Positions 57,536 through 64,000 of a stretch of DNA of 64,000 nt are shown here, one piece after another. Under the pieces are notes generated by a model, which worked only from the letters and a program-made list of their open reading frames with translations, did not search any database and was not told the DNA's origin. This DNA comes from Alphaproteobacteria bacterium (GTDB taxonomy: Bacteria; Pseudomonadota; Alphaproteobacteria; Rickettsiales; JABCZZ01), in contig JABDAT010000001.1 in the NCBI GenBank assembly GCA_013288985.1, positions 1,015 to 65,014 on the forward strand, given 5' to 3'. The translations under genes were made by a program, and so were the position numbers. How positions within the stretch are numbered: the stretch's first letter is position 1; each line of letters opens with the position of its first letter.

Positions 57536-57839
57536 TTTTCGGTACGCCCTTTCCTTCGTGCACAGCATGGTAAAAATCCTGATCACCCTCGTAAGACGGA
57601 TCTATATCATGTTTAAACATATGCTGTAATTCTTCTGCTATGGCGCGAAAGCCTGCATCTAAAGGATAATTTTCAAGAATAGCTTTTACCGAAATGGTAA
57701 AATAATTTACGTCCTTCACTAAGCTCAGCCGTTTATGAATAAGCTTTGCTTGTTCCATATCGATGCTATTTAGGCCGCCTATCTCTATAGCGCCTTGCAG
57801 CCAATAACAAAACTCGGGGATTGTGAGTCTAGTTAACAT
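57525..57839 (-). CDS. small hypothetical protein
   Basis: 104 aa. It overlaps the 465-aa gene stop by 7 nt and the next gene start by 11 nt. Confidence 0.55.
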   Translation of the reverse strand: MLTRLTIPEFCYWLQGAIEIGGLNSIDMEQAKLIHKRLSLVKDVNYFTISVKAILENYPLDAGFRAIAEELQHMFKHDIDPSYEGDQDFYHAVHEGKGVPKNEK

Positions 57840-59230
57840 CTATATCTTGTAGTACTTAAACTTTTGTCAACTGCATTTAGATAGTGCTCACTAAAGCTAT
57901 GGGGTTCTTCAGAGCCAGGAACCGCCACTCCATAAGTCTTAGCAAGAATCAGCCGGGCGGCTTCAAATACTACTTTGGGGTCTTTCCCATCAGTACCGTC
58001 ATATATTCCGCTGTTCATTACTCCATCGAATGAAACTATTGGCTCTATCTGCATATGGGGGTATGTAGGGTTTGATAGGCTTCTAGCCAAAAGATATGCC
58101 GCAACTTCTTCATCCATTGGCTGTTCATGGCCAAGCAATTCTGATGTTGCGCGCAATTCACGCGTCCCAGCCGGATTATCTAAGCCTGTTTTTTGTTTTA
58201 TTATTTTCCTTAATTCTTTTGCATAAGCCAGTGCGGTATCCCGTACGTTATCGGGTAGTTCAAAGTCGGCGCCTGTGATAACTAAAGACGGAGTTCTATT
58301 GTTAGAGCTGACTCCTAGGAAATTAAAATCACCCTCAGGCACAAAGCTGGGCATTTTGGTGATTACATCCGCCTGTTCCTTTGCTGTTTTTAAAACGCTG
58401 GCAAATTCATCCTTTACCTCAGCAAGTTTTTCGAATAATGCACCAACACCATGTTCATCTTCATATGCCTGTATTGCTTTAACAGAAAGTAATATCTGGC
58501 CTTTAGATTTCCGGTCTCCATTCCCTTCAAAATCAAAGAGATAATCATCCTCAAATTGAAAAGGTAACGCATCCATTCCAAGCCCAGCCTTATCGCGCAA
58601 TTGGATTAATTTATCACTAGCCTTATCGATGGGTTCAGCATCACCTATATCAATTACAAGAAAGTGTTTTGGCTCCCTATTTAGGAACGAGTCTTTGTGA
58701 GCAAGAGTAGTTACCTCCATACCCACAATATCCTGCATCTGCTTGGCATAACCTTCTGCTATAGCTGTCTGCGCAAGTTCTTTTTCTGCAGCTGCCTGCG
58801 CTTCCCTTTTAGCTTCTATGGAACCCATCTCGATGATGGTTCGCAACTCATCTTTATAAGATTCCAAGAATTCAGCGATAGGAACGGTCCTTGTTTCACC
58901 GGTAGGTTCCCACCGCTTTTTTGAGCCATCAGTCACTTCTTTAACTTTTTGGAGAGGCACCTCGGTACCCACAAAACGCAATTTTCCATCATCATTAGCA
59001 TCAAACAATCCGCCGGATCGTATCTGCTCACCCTTCTTAACATCATATACTATTTTCGTCCATAATGCGCGCAATTGTTCCTGCGTCATTCGTACGGGAG
59101 GATTGCCCTCGGTTAAATTTACTACGAGTGCCGGTCCATTGTCATGCCGGTCCTTACCAACAAGCACCTCGATGCCAAGCGTTTTGCTTAATGCTTCGGC
59201 CGCTTTTTCATAGTCATTTTGATCTGCCAT
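57833..59230 (-). CDS. hypothetical protein (465 aa), acidic, possible threefold internal repeat
   Basis: A long ORF with no family recognised. Motifs recur about 150 aa apart (GIEVLVGKDRHDNGPALVVNL; GMEVTTLAHKDSFLNREPKHFLVIDI; FNFLGVSSNNRTPSLVITG). Confidence 0.6.
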   Translation of the reverse strand: MADQNDYEKAAEALSKTLGIEVLVGKDRHDNGPALVVNLTEGNPPVRMTQEQLRALWTKIVYDVKKGEQIRSGGLFDANDDGKLRFVGTEVPLQKVKEVTDGSKKRWEPTGETRTVPIAEFLESYKDELRTIIEMGSIEAKREAQAAAEKELAQTAIAEGYAKQMQDIVGMEVTTLAHKDSFLNREPKHFLVIDIGDAEPIDKASDKLIQLRDKAGLGMDALPFQFEDDYLFDFEGNGDRKSKGQILLSVKAIQAYEDEHGVGALFEKLAEVKDEFASVLKTAKEQADVITKMPSFVPEGDFNFLGVSSNNRTPSLVITGADFELPDNVRDTALAYAKELRKIIKQKTGLDNPAGTRELRATSELLGHEQPMDEEVAAYLLARSLSNPTYPHMQIEPIVSFDGVMNSGIYDGTDGKDPKVVFEAARLILAKTYGVAVPGSEEPHSFSEHYLNAVDKSLSTTRYRC

Positions 59231-59476
59231 ATGAGTCCTATGATCGTGGTTAAGAGGAGACTAAATATATAGTATTGGTAGTTAAAGTTTTATTAAATAT
59301 TTATTAATTTAGGTAATAATGGTGCTGGCTATCATAGTTCTACATAATTTACTGTTATTTGTGAAATATAGAAGTAACACTGAGTATCGCGTAATAACCC
59401 GCAGGTGCTAGAAGGCAATCTTCTATTTCAAGAACCGGCTAATCAGATAGCCTAAAAATAGGCTCAGACTTCAAAC

Positions 59477-59552
59477 TGGTGCCGTCGAAGGGATTCGAAC
59501 CCCCGACCCCCGCATTACGAATGCGGTGCTCTACCAACTGAGCTACGACGGC
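59477..59552 (-). tRNA. tRNA-Thr (CGT)
   Basis: The reverse complement is GCCGTCGTAGCTCAGTTGGTAGAGCACCGCATTCGTAATGCGGGGGTCGGGGGTTCGAATCCCTTCGACGGCACCA, a canonical cloverleaf. Confidence 0.92.
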
Positions 59553-59650
59553 TTAAGGCATGCGTTGGCGGGCATTATGTACTCATAATAGCTGATAATA
59601 ACAAGGTTTTTTGCTCATGTGGAAATCCTTATAATTTCAAGGAGATAATT

Positions 59651-59764
59651 ATGAATAATGTAACCTCAACCACCCTCACACTTAAGGTTATCAATGATAA
59701 GATGCTAATAATTCCGGATTTCACTGTCCCGCCAGTGTCCCATGGGGAAGGGTCAAAACACTGA
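59651..59764 (+). CDS. candidate 37-aa micro-ORF between tRNA-Thr and tRNA-Phe
   Basis: AAGGAG lies 7 nt upstream of the ATG. Hand translation gives MNNVTSTTLTLKVINDKMLIIPDFTVPPVSHGEGSKH*. There is no other support. Confidence 0.25.
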   Translation: MNNVTSTTLTLKVINDKMLIIPDFTVPPVSHGEGSKH

Positions 59765-59779
59765 AATTTGTTATGATAG

Positions 59780-59855
59780 TGGTGCCCAGAGACGGAATTG
59801 AACCGCCGACACAGGGATTTTCAGTCCCTTGCTCTACCAACTGAGCTATCTGGGC
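59780..59855 (-). tRNA. tRNA-Phe (GAA)
   Basis: The reverse complement is GCCCAGATAGCTCAGTTGGTAGAGCAAGGGACTGAAAATCCCTGTGTCGGCGGTTCAATTCCGTCTCTGGGCACCA, a canonical 76-nt cloverleaf. Confidence 0.92.
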
Positions 59856-60116
59856 GCAGCTACCAAAAAGACAAGTATAAGAGCCCGCTTTATAAAAGAA
59901 GGACAACGTCTTGTCCAGAAACGATTTGAAGAATAAAAATAGCTCGTATCCTATACCAGAATCAATATAAATGATCTTACGGGCGAGTGGTTCCAATCTA
60001 TTGGTGTTCCGCAGAAAAATGCGAGAATACGGTATGGGCGGGCAACTGGAAATAAGCAAAAAACCTTGTTAATTTTTGGCCGTTGCCGACATAATAATCC
60101 CTCAGTGTACCATAAT

Positions 60117-60191
60117 GCCGTCGTAGCCCAGTTGGCAGAGCACCGCATTCGTAATGCGGGGGTCGGGGGTTTTAATCCCTTCGACGCACCA
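60117..60191 (+). pseudogene. decayed inverted duplicate of tRNA-Thr (CGT)
   Basis: GCCGTCGTAGCCCAGTTGGCAGAGCACCGCATTCGTAATGCGGGGGTCGGGGGTTTTAATCCCTTCGACGCACCA. The anticodon arm is identical to the copy at 59477. The T-loop is TTTTAAT (C56 lost), there is a D-stem C:A mismatch, and a 1-nt deletion breaks the 3' acceptor strand. Confidence 0.65.
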
Positions 60192-60282
60192 GTTTTTAAT
60201 TTTTCCTATTTTAATCAACAGTATATTAATTCTTAATTAAGATATTGTTTGTTATGATAGGCAAATTAATTCGGGGATAATT

Positions 60283-61302
60283 ATGCGCGACAACCGTGAA
60301 AACGAATGGTTAATGGAAGACCAGCCCGTATTATTTCACTTGGGCGATATACTTGCCATTACTCATGATCTCCCTACCGCGCTGGTAGAAAGACCGCCAC
60401 TGCCTAATGGCGAAACTGTTCCACAAAGAATGCGCAATGCAATACGAGCTCCATTAGGAAAAATCCTAAAAATTGGGCCGGACGGTAATTTTACCGATCT
60501 GCCGCATAAGCCATGGAGTAGACAATATTCCGACAGTCCGTTTTCGGTAGCTGGACTTTATGAAATCGCTGAGCATTTGGCTGATGGAACTACTGACTTC
60601 CTTTCCATTCGTCGTGTAGCAGATGAAGCAAAACCAGTATTGCTTGAAGCACTGCCTTTTCTTAGGGAAATAAAGCCTCCCAAGTCGAAGAAAATTAAAA
60701 AAGCTGGTTCCGAGTTCTTATTGCAATGGCTGAAAGAGCGGGAAGCACAATATGGCAGTTATCATCCTGTTTTACCGTTGAAAGACTACAAACCAAGAAG
60801 TCCTGAAGAAGAAATGGAATATTTAGGTATCGACCCTGCCAAATTGGTGGGACTTCCAATAGATGGGCAAGGAGAAATAGGAGCTTATAGAAACGCATTA
60901 TTTCGAAACGTAAGTATGGAAGAATTGCTGCGAATGGGAGATACGGAATTTCCGGTAATAGCTCAAACTGTTTTTGCATTATCAAAAATTGGTAATCCTC
61001 CTCTGGTTATACAGCCAGAAGATATAAAGCAAAGTGCCGAAGAAAAAGGCACAGGTAAAATTATAGTAGTTAATTTAGATACCCAAGATGTTGGTCAAGC
61101 GGATAGAAAATTTACTACACTTAACCAACATTTTGAGAGGATGGAATTAAGTGAGCATCTTTCGCTAAAGTATGATTCCGATGAAACAGGCTCATATGTT
61201 ATCGAAGTAAATGCAGAAGCATTATCTGCATCCAATATACAAGAAAAGTTAATGTCGTATACACAGGGTGCTGTCAAAATAGGTAGAAGACGAAACCGCT
61301 AG
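60283..61302 (+). CDS. hypothetical protein (339 aa)
   Basis: A long ORF with no family recognised. Short motifs (GNPPLVIQ, GKIIVVNLDTQD, ALSK) are reminiscent of the 465-aa protein on the other side of the tRNA cluster. Confidence 0.6.
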   Translation: MRDNRENEWLMEDQPVLFHLGDILAITHDLPTALVERPPLPNGETVPQRMRNAIRAPLGKILKIGPDGNFTDLPHKPWSRQYSDSPFSVAGLYEIAEHLADGTTDFLSIRRVADEAKPVLLEALPFLREIKPPKSKKIKKAGSEFLLQWLKEREAQYGSYHPVLPLKDYKPRSPEEEMEYLGIDPAKLVGLPIDGQGEIGAYRNALFRNVSMEELLRMGDTEFPVIAQTVFALSKIGNPPLVIQPEDIKQSAEEKGTGKIIVVNLDTQDVGQADRKFTTLNQHFERMELSEHLSLKYDSDETGSYVIEVNAEALSASNIQEKLMSYTQGAVKIGRRRNR

Positions 61303-61442
61303 CCCCATCTTCAGACGCTTCATTGAGCAGGGATTCTCGATTTCAGCATTCCTATTCCGGGTATGTTATGAAGTGCTGGCGCCAAATGCGAACACAGTAT
61401 AATATGCCTCCGTTATTTTTATTTTCACAACAGGAGGCTCCT

Positions 61443-61670
61443 ATGGAAGACGGTAAAAGCTGCGGCACTTCAACATGCTGCAAATGCCCATGCCACAAGA
61501 TGCTGGGAATATTGATAGTGCTCATCGGCCTTACATTCCTGCTGGGCAATTTCGATGTAGTAAGCGCAAAGTTTGTTGCTACTGCATGGCCCATATTGGT
61601 TATTTTGATCGGACTCAAGAAAATGTGCCCCAAAGGTGCATGCAAATGCTGCTCCGAGGCTGCGAAATAA
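61443..61670 (+). CDS. small Cys-rich two-TM membrane protein (LiaF/DUF5668-like TM core suspected)
   Basis: AGGAGG lies 6 nt before the ATG at 61443. Translation is MEDGKSCGTSTCCKCPCHKMLGILIVLIGLTFLLGNFDVVSAKFVATAWPILVILIGLKKMCPKGACKCCSEAAK, with Cys clusters at both termini. Confidence 0.5.
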   Translation: MEDGKSCGTSTCCKCPCHKMLGILIVLIGLTFLLGNFDVVSAKFVATAWPILVILIGLKKMCPKGACKCCSEAAK

Positions 61671-61697
61671 ATAATCTGCGGTATACTAACAGATAAT

Positions 61698-61730
61698 ACA
61701 CTATTGAGGGAGCTTCTCCCTCAATAGTGT
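61698..61730 (+). terminator. strong hairpin downstream of the Cys-rich protein gene
   Basis: ACACTATTGAGGGA-gcttc-TCCCTCAATAGTGT, a perfect 14-bp stem. The U-tract is weak (GCTCTTATG). Confidence 0.5.
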
Positions 61731-61941
61731 GCTCTTATGCGCTAACGCATTTATTAATGCTGTTTTTCTTGCGCAAGCCCTCTTGGGGCTTAAAAATTTA
61801 TAAATTATCAATAATTGCGAAAAATTAATCTTGTGAACACATTCTAGCAATAGGCTATGTGCCAATAAGGGGTGGAGTTAATTGGCGTATTTGAGTACGG
61901 GCATTCATTAAATTTTTTAATTGATTTTAGGGAGAATAATA

Positions 61942-62946
61942 GTGAGCATTGAAAATAGTTTCAGGAGCGGTATATCCCGCTATGCATTTGCATTCGTTCT
62001 TGCAGTGCTCCCGTTACAGGCCAGCGCGCTTGATTTGACTCCCGATGCGTCGCGGATAATTTCTGATCCTGCCTATCTTCCCTTGCAGGGGCAAATATAC
62101 GGCAGCTCACAATACAGCTATAGCAGGACAACCTCGAATACTAACAATTACCTTGGTGCGCCGAAGAGTTCCAATACCACGACAACGAATGGGCTGAACC
62201 AAGTGATTGCTTACGGTGTGACCGATGATTTTACATTGCGCATGAGCGATTCTTATGACTGGCGGACCTCGGATAGCAATCCTACTTCCGGTGCGGGCAC
62301 GCAGAGCTCTTCTAATGGCTTCAGCGATCCTGCCTTCGGTGCAACCTGGCGTGTGATTGATCAAAAGACATATCCGATCAGCTGGGATCTTATCGGTTCG
62401 TATGCTCCTGATTTGATTAATGCCAAATCCGCTTCCCCCACCCAGGACGGAACAATAGCGCGCGGCGGCGCGACAGCAACTGCCGGTACAGCGTTAAGTT
62501 ATGAAACAAAGGATTTTACTGTGTATGGGGAAGGTAGCGCTACCTACTTAGGCAGCCGCGATACTTTAAACCAGACCAGTGGCATAACCACCAATTATGA
62601 TTCCAGCTGGCAATATGCCCTTGCCCTTAATACGCAAACCCGCCTGACCGATTTGGTGTCCGTCAATGCCGGCGTTACCGAAACATTCAATAACAGCGCC
62701 GACGCTTCTTTTATCAGTGGCGGCAGCCTCACGAGTTTTACCAGTGAGCCCGGCGATGTGACTGAGCTCAATGCCGCCCTTAATTTTCAGGTTATACCCG
62801 ATCGATTAGTGGCATCAGTGGTATATGCGCATTATTTCTATGATAATAGCAGCAATAACTACGCAGCATTGCCGCACTCAGATACGACAGTAAGAGATGA
62901 AAGCGAAGATTCCGTCACGGCCAATTTACGCTACATTCTTAATTAA
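61942..62946 (+). CDS. putative outer-membrane beta-barrel protein
   Basis: GTG at 61942 preceded by GGGAGAA. It has a signal peptide (AFAFVLAVLPLQASA), S/T/N/Y/G-rich alternating segments, and ends ...ANLRYILN. Confidence 0.45.
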   Translation: MSIENSFRSGISRYAFAFVLAVLPLQASALDLTPDASRIISDPAYLPLQGQIYGSSQYSYSRTTSNTNNYLGAPKSSNTTTTNGLNQVIAYGVTDDFTLRMSDSYDWRTSDSNPTSGAGTQSSSNGFSDPAFGATWRVIDQKTYPISWDLIGSYAPDLINAKSASPTQDGTIARGGATATAGTALSYETKDFTVYGEGSATYLGSRDTLNQTSGITTNYDSSWQYALALNTQTRLTDLVSVNAGVTETFNNSADASFISGGSLTSFTSEPGDVTELNAALNFQVIPDRLVASVVYAHYFYDNSSNNYAALPHSDTTVRDESEDSVTANLRYILN

Positions 62947-63321
62947 GAGATGCGTGGGCGGTTCTGCTGAATTCTGCGGTGAAAGTCGCAAACTACATTG
63001 CAGCGTCCTTCTCTAAAGGTGCCCAAAGGTTTATTCATTTTAGTATCAGATTTAAAAATAGGAACCTGCCTCTGGGCATGTAATACATCACAATATATTC
63101 ATATTCGCTGGAATAGTGATTTGCGGGTGTTGGAGTGTTGTTAGTAACCTACTGAAGTTTAATGTTTATTATTTGTGCACAAAGGTATTTTTTTATGAAA
63201 AAATACTGAAAATTCAGAATTTATTAACCTGTGTTCTATATTCTAATTATGAATAATCAATGTCTTATTAGGTAAGCATCATCATGCCGTCGATAATATA
63301 TTTTGTCCCGATATTGTATCT

Positions 63322-63888
63322 ATGAATACTTCAAAATCTGCCATTGATCGTATCATGCGCCATTTTAGCAGGGTCCTGAATCACCCTACTATTAAAGATA
63401 CAATTGAGTTTAACAGAGATTACAATGTTACGATAACACTTCTTAAGCTCCTCTTTAGAAGTGAGCAGCCAGCATTTGATGATGCTTTTGCTAAAGCGCT
63501 GGAAAAACTCTGTCACGAAGACGGCTTTGCGGCGAAATGGGCGCGTGCGCGTCCATACATGTTGGAACGCGCTGATAAGAATTTGGTAAAAATGATTGAT
63601 CGGCTCGTGGAGTTTGACTATGTACGGCCCGATGGAGAAATCTCTCATCAGGATGCATCAGAGGCAATTGACAGGCTCGGCGTCAGGAGTTTTGCGGTGA
63701 AAAATATTTTAAGGGAACCCCAAGATATCAGTGTGCTGAATAAGTATATTCCAACCGTAATCCAATATATTGATGCTGTAGTAAAAGAACACGCTGATCG
63801 AGCAGAGGATGCTGCGCTTGTAAAGAATTATTTGAATCAACTGGGATATGCTGCCACCCGCAGATCGTCTCCAACTAATATACGCTAA
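63322..63888 (+). CDS. hypothetical protein (188 aa)
   Basis: An ORF with coding-like composition and an AT-rich upstream region. No family is recognised. Confidence 0.55.
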   Translation: MNTSKSAIDRIMRHFSRVLNHPTIKDTIEFNRDYNVTITLLKLLFRSEQPAFDDAFAKALEKLCHEDGFAAKWARARPYMLERADKNLVKMIDRLVEFDYVRPDGEISHQDASEAIDRLGVRSFAVKNILREPQDISVLNKYIPTVIQYIDAVVKEHADRAEDAALVKNYLNQLGYAATRRSSPTNIR

Positions 63889-63908
63889 TTAAAATCTCCT
63901 GCGCGCTC

Positions 63909-64000
63909 TTACGCCGTCGGGTTTTCAAGGCTGAATATTTCCGAATTGTCATTATAGGCAAAAAGCTCGGCATAGCGGCCCCAGCTGGTCACAGCCGTCA
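63909..64000 (-). CDS. 3' end of an unidentified minus-strand gene entering from beyond the window
   Basis: Hand translation of the reverse complement gives ...TAVTSWGRYAELFAYNDNSEIFSLENPTA* with TAA at 63909-63911. Only 30 codons are visible. Confidence 0.3.
   Translation of the reverse strand, partial: TAVTSWGRYAELFAYNDNSEIFSLENPTA

Noticed and set aside
59721-60059. 112-aa minus-strand ORF (and 59951..60148) across the tRNA cluster
   Set aside because: It runs straight through tRNA-Phe and the promoter and spacer regions. The translated tRNA sequence (..AQLVEQGTENPCVGGSIPSLG..) is a typical artefact.
1-64000. CRISPR arrays, rRNA genes, IS elements/transposases and prophage structural genes
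   Set aside because: I saw no regularly spaced direct repeats, no rRNA-like segments, no transposase-like ORFs with terminal inverted repeats, and no capsid, tail or terminase-like ORFs. The only recombinase is the P4-type integrase.

Overview
All calls come from reading the sequence and ORF track by eye; no searches were run, so product names rest on recognised motifs and coordinates of hand-found elements may be off by a few nt.

The window looks like a moderately AT-rich alphaproteobacterial chromosome segment. The lineage inference rests on rpoH, a COQ7-type ubiquinone hydroxylase, a DUF1013/TrcR-like gene and the thrC-M16 peptidase pair.

**Left half (1-31.8 kb), mostly core genes:**
- M16 peptidase, thrC, rluD, rpoH, a thiolase, dsbB-like, coq7, hldE, a quinone oxidoreductase and rhlE.
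- A complete kdp(F)ABCDE locus, preceded by an outer-membrane barrel gene and an extra micro-ORF.
- An orphan prepilin gene.
- A lipoprotein secretin operon with uncharacterised membrane partners.
- tRNA-Met/Ile(CAT) and tRNA-Trp.

**Right half (32-64 kb), a tRNA-dense accessory mosaic** (tRNA-Cys, Gln, Thr, Phe and a decayed inverted tRNA-Thr copy):
- A P4-type integrase and AlpA island sit next to tRNA-Cys.
- The island carries a GC-rich, apparently structured non-coding patch, an XRE regulator, a PLD/Nuc nuclease and a Y-family DNA polymerase.
- It also carries two tightly coupled 'aminotransferase-like enzyme + small helical protein' gene pairs.
- Further right are an aldo-keto reductase, a DOPA-dioxygenase-like gene and a solitary OLD/PARIS-like ABC-ATPase-Toprim nuclease.
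- A two-component system plus RND efflux module follows, bracketed by imperfect direct repeats.
- The remainder is orphan genes.

**Strongest candidates for something undescribed:**
- The duplicated PLP-fold enzyme/helper modules flanking the polymerase.
- The structured RNA-like element after alpA.
- The phased GGGTAT operator repeats.
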